IMG/VR virus record: IMGVR_UViG_3300027732_002873
Coordinates: 1-64,000 of that record
Reading direction: 5' to 3' (one strand)
Origin: an uncultured virus (IMG/VR IMGVR_UViG_3300027732_002873)
Lineage: Duplodnaviria > Heunggongvirae > Uroviricota > Caudoviricetes
Length of the DNA: 64,000 nt
Position numbers and translations under genes: made by a program. Positions within the stretch are counted from its first letter, which is position 1, and the number at the start of each line of letters is the position of its first letter. Below the pieces are notes generated by a model. The model was not told the origin of the DNA. It saw only the letters and a program-made list of their open reading frames with translations, and ran no database searches. This document shows positions 1 to 9,919 of this stretch, piece by piece.

Positions 1-342
1 TTAACTCCACCGCAACATAAACATCATCTTATCTTCTTGACTATCAAATTCAAGTATCATACCTGCTAGTGTACATTGTACACGACTTTCGGTGCACCAG
101 TCAAATATTTCTTCTTCATTCCGATGCCAAAATATCCAGTCAGAGATTAATAACATAGGGGCACTGAATTTACTGACTTTTGCATCAATAAATTTAATTC
201 CCCGTTCTTTTAACATCTTGTGTGCAGTATTAGCTTCTTTATGCACTAACACCATTCTATCACCCTGAGCTTCTTCTAAGAGAATTTCCCAGCATAACTT
301 AGAACTGTTATAATGTGCAGTGGGATTACTTGACATCACCAA
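1..342 (-). CDS. hypothetical phage protein
   Basis: 113-aa ORF overlapping the neighbouring ORF; C-terminal 'F...EDKMMFMLRW' resembles the end of 326..577. Confidence 0.6.
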   Translation of the reverse strand: MVMSSNPTAHYNSSKLCWEILLEEAQGDRMVLVHKEANTAHKMLKERGIKFIDAKVSKFSAPMLLISDWIFWHRNEEEIFDWCTESRVQCTLAGMILEFDSQEDKMMFMLRWS

Positions 343-577
343 ATTTTAATTTGTATATAACTGCTTCTTCATCTTCAAACACTGCTGTGATATTATATTG
401 ATATCCATAATAGTAGTCGCTGCCTGGCTGTATTTGGTGGTACGTCAAATCTCTTGCCTTCTCTTTAACATACTTACCATGATCGGTCTGTAACCAGTCG
501 TAGGAAACAGCACCTAGATATATGTCTGGATCTTCAACATCCCCTACTTTTAGTGTCTTAACAACCAACTTGATCAT
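326..577 (-). CDS. hypothetical phage protein
   Basis: 83-aa ORF tightly packed with neighbours; DVEDPDIY motif. Confidence 0.65.
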   Translation of the reverse strand: MIKLVVKTLKVGDVEDPDIYLGAVSYDWLQTDHGKYVKEKARDLTYHQIQPGSDYYYGYQYNITAVFEDEEAVIYKLKFGDVK

Positions 578-894
578 TTAAAAATGATAAGGGCCATCAA
601 ACATGCTTGAATAAAAAATCCAAAGCCAATCGTAACAATATTTAAAATATCTTTACTGATGGTAGCTTTAACAAAGAATAAGAACAAACCTGCCCAAGCT
701 AACAATACTAGATCAACCGGAGGAGTCTTTTCAGTGAGACCAGTTAGTATGGCAACTAACGTAGGAATAGTAGCCAAGTGTACAAGGATAACAGCAACCC
801 AGCCAAGTGTCTCTGCACTGACTGTGACCAATTGCTCTTTCAGATTTTTTGCACTCTCACTGGTAAAATCGTTGAGTGTTTTGAAAATATTCAT
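574..894 (-). CDS. hypothetical membrane protein
   Basis: Three hydrophobic helices; start taken at MNIFK (894). Confidence 0.65.
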   Translation of the reverse strand: MNIFKTLNDFTSESAKNLKEQLVTVSAETLGWVAVILVHLATIPTLVAILTGLTEKTPPVDLVLLAWAGLFLFFVKATISKDILNIVTIGFGFFIQACLMALIIFK

Positions 895-905
895 TTTAGT
901 CTTTC

Positions 906-1430
906 TTATTTGTAAAATATATGATTGCCGATAATGGCTACTTTTTCTTTTTTCCATCCCGGATTAATATATGTTCCGTGAAAATAAAGAGCATGGTTTA
1001 GACCTGGTAGTCTAAATTTTTCCAGTAAAACTTGTTTTGCAACAATCTCGCTTTCACGATAAGCGGCCAAGTTTTTGGGTTTTCTTACATCGCCGTTGCA
1101 GTACCAACTGAACTGGCACAGTCCTAGTGCATTGTCTTTTTGGTAAACTACTTTACAGATGTCATTGGGAAATTTTCCGCTGTCGACTCTGTTTAATGTA
1201 ACTTGGGCCACAGCAACTTTACCTTCGAAGGGTTCGTGTCCTGCTTCGTAGTAAATATTTCTGGTCAAACAGTCGAGTTGGGTATTGCGAACTTCAGCAG
1301 TGATCACACTGGAATTTAAATTTTGAGCTGCTTTCAGTGACGTTACTTTGTAGTCGTAGGCATATCTTGCCACAAAAACTACCAGCATTAGTCCTACAAA
1401 AGTAGCAACGATTTTCATGATGCGTATCAT
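906..1430 (-). CDS. cell wall hydrolase, SleB/Hydrolase_2 family
   Basis: CL..NIYYEAGHEPFEGKVAVAQVTLNRV, ICKVVYQ, CQFSW and IGNHIFY motifs; N-terminal TM helix; GAGGAG SD before ATG 1430. Confidence 0.9.
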   Translation of the reverse strand: MIRIMKIVATFVGLMLVVFVARYAYDYKVTSLKAAQNLNSSVITAEVRNTQLDCLTRNIYYEAGHEPFEGKVAVAQVTLNRVDSGKFPNDICKVVYQKDNALGLCQFSWYCNGDVRKPKNLAAYRESEIVAKQVLLEKFRLPGLNHALYFHGTYINPGWKKEKVAIIGNHIFYK

Positions 1431-1486
1431 AAGTCTCCTCCTTTTACGCGGTTGGTTAATTACGTATCTGTTACGATACATTCGTT

Positions 1487-1515
1487 ATAATAGCACTTAA
1501 TGGCTTAACTGTCAA
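1487..1515 (-). promoter_or_regulatory. sigma70-type promoter
   Basis: TTGACA-17 nt-TATTAT upstream of the SleB gene. Confidence 0.6.
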
Positions 1516-1524
1516 GTTAAACGG

Positions 1525-1830
1525 TTAAATGTATGATTTTTTGGAAAGTACGATGAAATCCTCGCCTGCGCCTAGAACGCAGGCTGTTTCTTTGTTGAAT
1601 TGGATTATAGTCCAGGTTTTGGTTTCTTGGTTAACAAACAAGGAATAGTTTGGTGCTTTACTGTCCTTTTCCGTGCCCAACCAAATAGGCGATTCTTCAT
1701 AGTCTCGTCCTTTTAAAATCGAAATCATTGTTTCGATTTTATCACAGTAAACTTCTTTTTTTGTAGTTGCTGGTTGAGCTGATGCTGTAATAGCCGCCAT
1801 AGAAGTTAGAAAAATTAAAATATGTTTCAT
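1525..1830 (-). CDS. hypothetical exported protein
   Basis: Signal peptide, two Cys; TATAAATA 4 nt upstream of ATG. Confidence 0.7.
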   Translation of the reverse strand: MKHILIFLTSMAAITASAQPATTKKEVYCDKIETMISILKGRDYEESPIWLGTEKDSKAPNYSLFVNQETKTWTIIQFNKETACVLGAGEDFIVLSKKSYI

Positions 1831-1948
1831 TGACTATTTATAAAAAAGTCAGTATAACCATTATACGTAATTAGTTTTAATAGTATTTTACTCGACCGCA
1901 TTTTACTTTAAATACTAAAAAGCCATTTAATGGTATAGGAGTAAACTC

Positions 1949-3073
1949 ATGAAAAGAACACTTGTTACCTTTGCTTTGACAGCCATTGCAATTTCTGTAT
2001 CAGCACAAACAACCACCACATCAGGCACAACAGGTGGAACAACAACCGGTACTGCCACATTAATTAATCAAGGAAGCTATGATTCTAAATCACTAGTAGA
2101 TACCAATAGCACCAGCAACAGTACCAGCACCGTTACTTCAAACAGCAATACCACTAGCAATAGCACCAGTGCCAGCACAGCCGCTGTTAATAGCACCAGC
2201 AACAATATAAACAATAACAACAGTACCAGTGTAAACACAAATAATAATATCAACAGTGGTACAAGCACTATTAACAATAACAACGTAAACTCTGGAACAA
2301 TGACATACAATAATAACAATGTCAACTCTGGAACAATGACGTACAATAACAACAACGTCAATACAAGTACAAGTACCAACGTAAACACCAACAACAACAT
2401 CAATAGTGGTACAATGACATACAATAACAATAATGCTAGTACAAGTACAGCTACAAATAACAACAACAATGTTAACACTAGCACTGCCACTAATAACAAT
2501 GTCAACACCGGTGACATGACAAATCGAAATGTCAATACAAGTACAAGTACAAGTAATAATGTTAATAATAATGTTAACGCTAGTACAGCCGTTAATCAAA
2601 ACGTACAGACAGGTGACATGACTAATCGAAATATCAACTCCACTGAGATTACACAACGTATTATTCAGCCTCCTCCAACAGCAGTGGCTCCTGCTATGTT
2701 GTCGGGTGGTAATGCTGATTTGTGTAGTACTGGTAGTAGTGGTAGTGTGCAGACACAAGTTTTCGGTGTAAGTTCGGGCGGCACTGTTCGGGACATGAAT
2801 TGCGAAAGATTAAAGTTATCTAAAACATTATATGACATGGGCATGAAAGTAGCCGCAGTTGCCACTATGTGTCAAGATCGCAGAGTATTTGATGCCATGT
2901 TAGCCGCAGGAACACCGTGCCCATATGAAGGTAAGATCGGTGAACAAGCCAAAGCATCTTGGGATGCAAATCCAGATAAGATTCCAAAATTGGATGAGGT
3001 AAAAATAGATGATACTTATAAGAAAATTGGCATTGGCGCTATCCTTGGCGTTCTTGTCCACAAGTTATTCTAA
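1949..3073 (+). CDS. secreted Asn/Thr/Ser-rich repeat protein with Cys-containing C-terminal domain
   Basis: Signal peptide, GTMTYNNNNVNS-type repeats, C-terminal TM; AGGAG SD. Confidence 0.8.
   Translation: MKRTLVTFALTAIAISVSAQTTTTSGTTGGTTTGTATLINQGSYDSKSLVDTNSTSNSTSTVTSNSNTTSNSTSASTAAVNSTSNNINNNNSTSVNTNNNINSGTSTINNNNVNSGTMTYNNNNVNSGTMTYNNNNVNTSTSTNVNTNNNINSGTMTYNNNNASTSTATNNNNNVNTSTATNNNVNTGDMTNRNVNTSTSTSNNVNNNVNASTAVNQNVQTGDMTNRNINSTEITQRIIQPPPTAVAPAMLSGGNADLCSTGSSGSVQTQVFGVSSGGTVRDMNCERLKLSKTLYDMGMKVAAVATMCQDRRVFDAMLAAGTPCPYEGKIGEQAKASWDANPDKIPKLDEVKIDDTYKKIGIGAILGVLVHKLF
2290..2361 (+). repeat. 36-bp coding tandem repeat, 2 near-identical copies
   Basis: ctctggaacaatgac(a/g)tacaataa(t/c)aacaa(t/c)gtcaa twice; degenerate copies nearby. 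Confidence 0.8.
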
Positions 3074-4754
3074 CAGTCAACAAGTTGATACGACCGGTAA
3101 CTTGACTAACTTTACTAGTCAGGCTAACAGTACTACCTCTACTTGGCAAAACGCCGGCACAATTGGAGAACCATTAACTTGCTGGGCAGGGGGTGATCCG
3201 GGTTATTGTGGTCCACTTCCTAGAGTTGGGGCCTGGGGTGTTGGCAGCAATGTTATCAACTTCTCATATGGATTAACTGACTTAAATCAAACTGTTGCTA
3301 TTAAAAATGCATTGCCCAACAGTGGTACAGGATTACAAGTCAATGGTTTCAATTTTAGTTTTCAAGCCAAGAACGGCAACGGCTGGGACAACGGAATGAC
3401 CGACACTCTAAGTGCTTACGTAAACATCTACAACAATACAAATTCAAAAGTGGTAGAAAACTACAACTGGGACTTGTCCTATAACACACAAGGTTGGAGA
3501 ACCTTTGAGTACAGTAAAACTTTTACCAACGCATACAGTGTATCTAATGTTGGCAATGCCCAGTATGGATTTGTTGGCAGGGACAATAATTATTGGGTTG
3601 GACCATACGGTCCGGAAATCATCAATGTAAATTTTAGTTTGAAATATAGTGTTGATCCTTGTGCTACCAATCCACTATACTCTCCTAGTTGCAGAGGCTA
3701 TAACGATGCAATGGCCAAACTAAATCCAGTTGTAGTTAATCCTGAAACCGTTGGACCGGCACCGCCACCTGACGAAGCGGCTCCGCCACCACCTGGTGGC
3801 CCACCCCCGCTTGGTAGTCCTCCTCCTGCTGATGGACCTATGGCAGGCCCACCACCACCCGGAGCTCCTGGACCAGGCAATAATCCTGGCTCACCACCAC
3901 CAGCAAATCAACCTCCTCCGCAGGGCGGCGGTAGTCAACCTCGAGCAGGTGAAGTTAAAACAGCAGGTGATAATAAAACAGCAAGTGATAAGACGGGACC
4001 TAGTCTAGGCAATGTTATGAGTATGATTAGTAGCAATCAAGCTAGAATAGGCAATGAGGCCAAGTCTGTTGTACAGGCTGCAGAAACTGCCGCTGCCAAA
4101 GATGCACAACAAGCACAGCAACAAGCAGAAACAGTAGCAGGCACATTAACTACACAAAGCATTACCAGCAGTATGGCACAGTCTAGTACAAGTACTGGAT
4201 CGACAGTAGTAACCAGCAGTCAATCACAAATGACTGTGGTAAATGTAGCTAGTGTATCACAAACTAGTGTAGTCAATGTCGGTGGCTTACGACCAGTAAC
4301 GCAAAGTGTATTTGCTGATCCTAGTATGTCTTCGTCATCAAACATGTCGCAGGGTCAAGTTGATATGTATAGTTTGCAGGCACCAACAAATAGTAGTAAA
4401 CAACCAGAAATAGAAGTACCGCAGAATGAAGGTATTAAGATTGGTGGACGTTCAGCATTAAATGATGCAATGGAACAGCGCCCAATGTTACAAAGTAATA
4501 ACGTACAAGAACAAAAAACTGAATCAGTAAACAGAAATGTACAGCCAAATGAACTGGCTGGACGTGTGGATATTGCTGGCATGGCAACACAGCCCGCAGG
4601 ATATCAAGCATATTCAATGATGATACCTGATGTAGCATTCTATGCACCAAAAGAGATTTACAAGAATCAAGTGAATGTAGACAATGCAAAAGTTTTGCGT
4701 CAATTGTCTAGTGATAAATTACACCAAGATTTGGTGAACCTACAATATAGATAA
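3009..4754 (+). CDS. secreted protein with Pro-rich linker
   Basis: Signal peptide, beta-rich N-terminal domain, DPC..NPLYSPSC motif, poly-Pro/Gly and Ser/Gln-rich tracts. Confidence 0.8.
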   Translation: MILIRKLALALSLAFLSTSYSNSQQVDTTGNLTNFTSQANSTTSTWQNAGTIGEPLTCWAGGDPGYCGPLPRVGAWGVGSNVINFSYGLTDLNQTVAIKNALPNSGTGLQVNGFNFSFQAKNGNGWDNGMTDTLSAYVNIYNNTNSKVVENYNWDLSYNTQGWRTFEYSKTFTNAYSVSNVGNAQYGFVGRDNNYWVGPYGPEIINVNFSLKYSVDPCATNPLYSPSCRGYNDAMAKLNPVVVNPETVGPAPPPDEAAPPPPGGPPPLGSPPPADGPMAGPPPPGAPGPGNNPGSPPPANQPPPQGGGSQPRAGEVKTAGDNKTASDKTGPSLGNVMSMISSNQARIGNEAKSVVQAAETAAAKDAQQAQQQAETVAGTLTTQSITSSMAQSSTSTGSTVVTSSQSQMTVVNVASVSQTSVVNVGGLRPVTQSVFADPSMSSSSNMSQGQVDMYSLQAPTNSSKQPEIEVPQNEGIKIGGRSALNDAMEQRPMLQSNNVQEQKTESVNRNVQPNELAGRVDIAGMATQPAGYQAYSMMIPDVAFYAPKEIYKNQVNVDNAKVLRQLSSDKLHQDLVNLQYR

Positions 4755-4765
4755 AGGAAAATAAA

Positions 4766-5386
4766 ATGACAGAAGAAATTAAAGACGTAAACGCTAAAGT
4801 TGATGAACTCGAAGCAGCCGCAAAGAAATATGCCAGCAAGGACACTGTTATCAGTATTGGTGGATATGAATTTACGCCAGCAAAACTAATGGTGGCATTT
4901 ACACTAGTGTCATCTATACTAGGCGGACTTTATGGTACCTTTGAAGTATACAAGGACTATCAAGGCATGAAGAAAAAGATTGCTGATTACTCTGCGCCAG
5001 ACCTAAGTGGTTTTGACAAACGACTAGCAGTCATAGAAGAAAATAGCCAAAAAGGTGCTGACTATACTCGTGATATTAAAGTTGATTTGAAGAATGATAT
5101 TCGTCGCAATGAAACCGTTACGGAACAAGTAGAGCGCAGTGTTAAAAATGCACAGCGTGAAACTGAAAGCGAAATGCGCGAAATGCGTAAAGCAGTACGT
5201 GAAGACTTAGAACGAGCAAGAACAGAAGCTGCCGCAATCCGTAAAGACATGGAATCAACACGTAAAGAAATCAACAGTGAATTTACATCAGCTCGCAGAG
5301 AAATCAATCGTGAAGTTGAACAGCTAAAGAAAGAAGTTGATAGCAAGATACAAAAAGCTATTGACAATCCCCTGGCCAACAAATAA
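4766..5386 (+). CDS. membrane-anchored coiled-coil protein
   Basis: One TM helix then a long heptad region; AAGGA SD. Confidence 0.75.
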   Translation: MTEEIKDVNAKVDELEAAAKKYASKDTVISIGGYEFTPAKLMVAFTLVSSILGGLYGTFEVYKDYQGMKKKIADYSAPDLSGFDKRLAVIEENSQKGADYTRDIKVDLKNDIRRNETVTEQVERSVKNAQRETESEMREMRKAVREDLERARTEAAAIRKDMESTRKEINSEFTSARREINREVEQLKKEVDSKIQKAIDNPLANK

Positions 5387-5389
5387 CTT

Positions 5390-6082
5390 TTAAGGCCTGC
5401 TGAATTCTTTAATAGCCGCTTTGACCAAGCTGTCTATGCTGTTGATTAATGGAATACCATTATGGTTGTCTTCCTTGACTGCCAATGGTATTTCAGTACA
5501 CCCCAATACCACTGCTTGAGCACCACGTGCTATCAAACTATCCACTACAGACATAAACATTGGATGTGACTGTTCAAGTTTGCCACTCTTAATTAGATCA
5601 ATGGCAGGTTGCACCAATGTCGACATTTCTTCTTTAGATGGGACGATGCAATTCCATCCCTGATCATTTAATCTAGTTTGATATAATCCTAGTTCTACAG
5701 TAGCTTGTGTTCCTATAACGCCTATAGTTGTATTAGTTACTTTTACATCACGCAATGCATTAGCCACGCTGTCGACAATATGAATAGTGCCAAGATTTAT
5801 TTTAATTATATCATTGAACCAAAAATGTGCAGTGTTACAGGGTATAACAATAGTATCGCAGCCTGCGGCTTTTAGGCCTCGAATTCCTTCCAGTAAAAAC
5901 GGTAATGGTTTGTTGTCACCAGCTCGCATACTTGTACTACGGTCTGGGATTTGTGGATTGTTCCACAAAACAAAAGGTATGTGTTCTTGATCGCATGTTG
6001 CAGGAGTTTGTGCTATAAGCCTGTTAACGAACTCGGCACTGGCTGCAGGACCCATACCACCTAATATACCTAAACGTTTCAT
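5390..6082 (-). CDS. aspartate/glutamate racemase family protein
   Basis: LGILGGMGP, IPCNTAH and LGCTEIP two-cysteine motifs; start at MKRLG. Confidence 0.92.
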   Translation of the reverse strand: MKRLGILGGMGPAASAEFVNRLIAQTPATCDQEHIPFVLWNNPQIPDRSTSMRAGDNKPLPFLLEGIRGLKAAGCDTIVIPCNTAHFWFNDIIKINLGTIHIVDSVANALRDVKVTNTTIGVIGTQATVELGLYQTRLNDQGWNCIVPSKEEMSTLVQPAIDLIKSGKLEQSHPMFMSVVDSLIARGAQAVVLGCTEIPLAVKEDNHNGIPLINSIDSLVKAAIKEFSRP

Positions 6083-6137
6083 AGTATAAAAAATACAATG
6101 ATTATAAAAATACCAACAGCAATGACAGTAGGAAGTC

Positions 6138-6767
6138 TCATTTTTTAAATAATAACGCAGAAGCAATGACTAATGCTGTTTGTGCCGCTTCGACATCTGC
6201 AGGCTGTTCTTTCCAACCTACACTGATTTGTCCTATGAATACACCGGGTTCTGCTGGCACACTGATACGGCACATATAGTTAACACCACTATCTTTATAA
6301 GTAAAGCCAATAAGACTCTGCGGTTTGAGATATGGACTACAAGGAATTTTACCGGACATTAGTCCTATGACATCATTGTTGTTGTCATAGTTTTTACTAA
6401 ACAACCCAACGTCTAATCCATTGTGTTCTTTAATCTTTCCGCCATTGCGTGTGGCCAAGAACACAATTTTTCTTGTGTTTATTAATGTGTTGACTTCCAT
6501 GATAGACACAAGTTCTACATCTGTGTGCTTCAACAAGAAATTATATGCTTCTTCATACCGACCATTCATCTTAGGCAATGCCTGCTGAGCACGGTAGCTG
6601 GCCATAAAGTTATCTTTTTCAGAATAAACTATCCAGCCACCGAAGCCCAGTATACATAAGAATACAACAGTGAATAGGCGAAATGGACTTTCGCCTATGT
6701 ATGTCAATAAACTTAAAAGAAAATCTTTAAGTTTGTCCACTTTCCGGTGCCTCTTTGTCACAGACAA
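6138..6767 (-). CDS. T4 gp t-like holin (putative)
   Basis: About 200 aa, single N-proximal TM, soluble C-terminal domain with two Cys ending GQISVGW; true start may be GTG at 6740. Confidence 0.55.
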   Translation of the reverse strand: MSVTKRHRKVDKLKDFLLSLLTYIGESPFRLFTVVFLCILGFGGWIVYSEKDNFMASYRAQQALPKMNGRYEEAYNFLLKHTDVELVSIMEVNTLINTRKIVFLATRNGGKIKEHNGLDVGLFSKNYDNNNDVIGLMSGKIPCSPYLKPQSLIGFTYKDSGVNYMCRISVPAEPGVFIGQISVGWKEQPADVEAAQTALVIASALLFKK

Positions 6768-8004
6768 ATGCTGTGACTGCTACGTTTCCGTGTACGTGAC
6801 TTGCTGTGCGAATCATATCCATTAATGGATCAACTGCAATTAGTAATACTAATACAGCTTCACTTGGTAGTTTTAACAAGTCACAGACAACTGCCACTGT
6901 AGCAACTGTAAGAATACCTGTTGTGCCTGCACTTGCCAGACCAGCTAAGATACTACCAAACAATACAACTGCTAGTCCTGTTAAACCTAATGGTGAGTCA
7001 TAGATATTAGCAATGAATACTGTAGCAATAGCATAGTAAACAATACTACCAATACGGTTAACAGTGAAACTTAGTGGAACAGTTAGTTCAACTCCACCTT
7101 TGTCGAACTTCAACTTGTGTAGTGCTTCTTGTGCATATGGGATACAAGCCAAACTACTACGTGAACTCACAGCAACAATTAATGTTTCTTTAGTTTCACG
7201 GATAACAGTAGCAAGGCTCAATCCACTACGCATCCAAATTACTACTGTACCTAGAGCAATCACTAAGAATCCACCAATTGCTTGTTGGAATACAAAGTCA
7301 AACATGGTCATAAAAATACCAACGCCAACTTTGCCAACCTGCGATGAAATCATTGCTAATAAGGCAATTGGTAGGAAGTAGTTTAGGAATTTAAAAATAC
7401 TAATACTTGCTTGTTGAACGCTCTTTAGAACTTCAACCAACATACGTTGACCCTCTGTTTTTAAGTGTCCTAATGCTACACCAAAGATTAAACAGAAGAT
7501 AACGATCTTTAAACTCTCACCATTGTTTAATGTGTTGAAAATGTTTTCTGGGATAAACTTTTCTGCCATTTTACCAGCACTAACTTCTGCTGCCACTGGC
7601 ATTGGTTCTTTAAGAGTGATGTTCAAATCAGTGCCACTGTCTTTGTCATTGACTAAAACACCAAGCTGTGTCTTCTTCTCAGGTGTCATTTCTGTGCCTG
7701 TAATCATTACAGTACCTACACCAATGACTGCGGCAATAAACATACTGCTGACAAAGCCAATGATAATCCTGCGGATTAAAGTTTGACTGCCTTCTTTTTG
7801 TAGCAAGCCAATAATACCAACTAGAATAGTTGCCAACAAGAATGGTAGTACAACTACCTTTAATAAACTAATATAGATACTGCCAATGCTGTCCAGTCCT
7901 ATGCTGAACTCAGGAGCATATACTCCGCTTAAAATACCTACGATAATTGATCCAAGAATAGTCCATGGACTAACCAGGAAACTTTTTAAATGTGCTGTTG
8001 TCAT
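6727..8004 (-). CDS. dicarboxylate/amino acid:cation symporter (DAACS, GltP-like)
   Basis: FIPENIF, SSRSSLAC, PLSFTVNRIG and AVDPLMDMIRT motifs; many TM helices. Confidence 0.92.
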   Translation of the reverse strand: MTTAHLKSFLVSPWTILGSIIVGILSGVYAPEFSIGLDSIGSIYISLLKVVVLPFLLATILVGIIGLLQKEGSQTLIRRIIIGFVSSMFIAAVIGVGTVMITGTEMTPEKKTQLGVLVNDKDSGTDLNITLKEPMPVAAEVSAGKMAEKFIPENIFNTLNNGESLKIVIFCLIFGVALGHLKTEGQRMLVEVLKSVQQASISIFKFLNYFLPIALLAMISSQVGKVGVGIFMTMFDFVFQQAIGGFLVIALGTVVIWMRSGLSLATVIRETKETLIVAVSSRSSLACIPYAQEALHKLKFDKGGVELTVPLSFTVNRIGSIVYYAIATVFIANIYDSPLGLTGLAVVLFGSILAGLASAGTTGILTVATVAVVCDLLKLPSEAVLVLLIAVDPLMDMIRTASHVHGNVAVTAFVCDKEAPESGQT

Positions 8005-8013
8005 AGTAAGTCC

Positions 8014-8229
8014 TTATTTTGCAAGTAGTTTATATAGTGCAAGGTCTCTTGCATCTTCTTTGGCACTTAATTTGATTTCATCAGCACTAGGTGTCATTAA
8101 TTTAAATAATGCAATATCTCTAGCATCTTCTTTTGCACTTAATGCGACCTCTGCCTCACTAGGGTTCCATGTTGCTTGGCATACCGTAGAAAATATTGCG
8201 GTAGCAAATAATATTGTTATTGATCTCAT
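8014..8229 (-). CDS. small exported protein with internal repeat
   Basis: Signal peptide; LSAKEDARD(I/L)AL(F/Y)KL occurs twice. Confidence 0.65.
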   Translation of the reverse strand: MRSITILFATAIFSTVCQATWNPSEAEVALSAKEDARDIALFKLMTPSADEIKLSAKEDARDLALYKLLAK

Positions 8230-8238
8230 TTTGTATCC

Positions 8239-9057
8239 TTATTTCTTTTCAGCTTTATAGCGATCCATTAACTTTTTAGTGTCAATGTTGCTGAATTCAT
8301 TTTTAATCACATAATCAACAATGCTTAATAATTGAATAGCTCGTGGATTTACTGCGATAGCAATGTTATCTACACTGTCGGATATTGTGATACTCTTTGT
8401 AGTAATGGCCGCATCAGGCTTTTCAAAAGCAATTTTCTTGATTTCAAATTCATCACGATAAGCGGCTGCAATAGTGCCTTTTGTAACATTGTCAATGATT
8501 ACGTCCCACTTATCTTCTGGAAGGAATGTTGCGTTAGGGAAGTTAATACGAGCAAATGTGTCATAGCTTGAATTGCGTATAAAACTAATCTTGCCGTTAA
8601 AATCACGGATAACTTGATAAACTTCTTTGCCTTTGCTGTTTTGACTTAGCCACAATCGGTTAATAACCAAACTCTGTCTTAGTTTAACATAAGGTGCGCT
8701 GAACTTGACAACTTGTAAACGTGGACCAGTTACAGATAATTTACTGACTGCAATGTCTGCTTTACCATCACGAACTTGTTCTACGACTTCAGCGAAGCTT
8801 TCTGCATCACGTCTGAATTGTACAGGAACTCCAAGTAATACTCCAATACGTCGAGCAATTTCAACGTCAAGACCTCGAATGTTGTCACCTTCTCCTGAGA
8901 AGAAAGGTGGAACATCTTTTTTAGTCATTGCCACAACAAGAACGTTGGCCTTCTTAATTGCGGCAATATCTGCGGGTAAGGGTACTGTGGAACCTGGCAT
9001 CTGTGCCTGGACTAGTGAGGAAACCAGTACGAATAGTAGGGTGATTAGTTTTTTCAT
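8239..9057 (-). CDS. periplasmic amino-acid-binding protein (SBP family 3)
   Basis: Signal peptide, PPF, GLDVEIA, G.ADIAVS.LSVT..R and FSAPY motifs. Confidence 0.9.
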   Translation of the reverse strand: MKKLITLLFVLVSSLVQAQMPGSTVPLPADIAAIKKANVLVVAMTKKDVPPFFSGEGDNIRGLDVEIARRIGVLLGVPVQFRRDAESFAEVVEQVRDGKADIAVSKLSVTGPRLQVVKFSAPYVKLRQSLVINRLWLSQNSKGKEVYQVIRDFNGKISFIRNSSYDTFARINFPNATFLPEDKWDVIIDNVTKGTIAAAYRDEFEIKKIAFEKPDAAITTKSITISDSVDNIAIAVNPRAIQLLSIVDYVIKNEFSNIDTKKLMDRYKAEKK

Positions 9058-9093
9058 AATGTTATATTTATGTTTAATATAATGTATTTTTCA

Positions 9094-9657
9094 TTACATC
9101 CAAAGAAACAAGCCGTTTAGGCTTAGTAATATGCCCAGCCCTGCAACAAAAAAGCTACCCCAGAACATGCCTACGCTGACTGCTAAAATACTAGCAGATA
9201 GCACAACAATGGCCAGTTGGTAAGCTGTTGACGCATAACCAATCCATGGACTAGATTTTTTAGCAATTTCTCGTTCAGCTTCCATAGCTCGTGCTTTAAC
9301 AGCAAGTTCTTTTTTATCTTCATCCATGCGTTCTTTCTCGGCTTGGAATTCTGCACGTAGTTTTGGATCAGATGCGGTCTTTGCGGCAATTTCGTATGTA
9401 ACGCCACGACCTGCTTTAGCTTGATATTGTGCCCATGTGTTGTTAGCACCCAGCGTATTGTTTAATACTGTGCTAGACAATTTGCCACCATACCATGCGT
9501 TGACTGCCAAAAGCAAAGCAAATACGCTAATAACCATACCTGCTCGATCTTTTAATTTTGCTTCACGTTCACTACGTGATCCCACTGGAGGCTTAGGTGC
9601 ATCTGGATCTTTAGGTTGTTTGTTAATTAAGTTTAATACTGAATCAATTAATGCCAT
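9094..9657 (-). CDS. DUF4337-like membrane protein
   Basis: WAQYQAK and Q.AIVVLSASIL motifs; three TM helices. Confidence 0.75.
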   Translation of the reverse strand: MALIDSVLNLINKQPKDPDAPKPPVGSRSEREAKLKDRAGMVISVFALLLAVNAWYGGKLSSTVLNNTLGANNTWAQYQAKAGRGVTYEIAAKTASDPKLRAEFQAEKERMDEDKKELAVKARAMEAEREIAKKSSPWIGYASTAYQLAIVVLSASILAVSVGMFWGSFFVAGLGILLSLNGLFLWM

Positions 9658-9659
9658 GA

Positions 9660-9776
9660 TTAATCCTTTTTAAGCATAGCCAATACTTTGGCTTGTATAT
9701 TTTTCGCAAATTGTGGTTGTGGAAAATTCCAACCAATAAAAGCACCCAGTGCTAACCAAAATAATGTTTCTAACAT
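9660..9776 (-). CDS. small membrane protein (38 aa)
   Basis: MLETLFWLALGAFIGWNFPQP...; AAGGAG SD; below the ORF-track cutoff. Confidence 0.6.
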   Translation of the reverse strand: MLETLFWLALGAFIGWNFPQPQFAKNIQAKVLAMLKKD

Positions 9777-9854
9777 GATTTTATCTCCTTATAATATGTG
9801 TATTTATTTAATTTTAGACAGAGCTATGGATAAATAACTGTATAGTAGACATTT

Positions 9855-9900
9855 ATGAACTTTGATTTTACAGACGAGATGCTGGCACAATGTATCAATA
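9855..9900 (+). pseudogene. duplicated 5' remnant of the GH19 endolysin gene
   Basis: Encodes MNFDFTDEMLAQCI versus endolysin MDFTFEFTAEMLAKCI; shares cgagatgctggca. Confidence 0.6.
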
Positions 9901-9919
9901 ATAATATTAAGGAGTTGAC

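Noticed and set aside
2077..2758. Long hydrophobic or Cys-rich ORFs on the - strand
   Set aside because: They are antisense shadows of the AAC/AAT/ACC-rich repeat gene.
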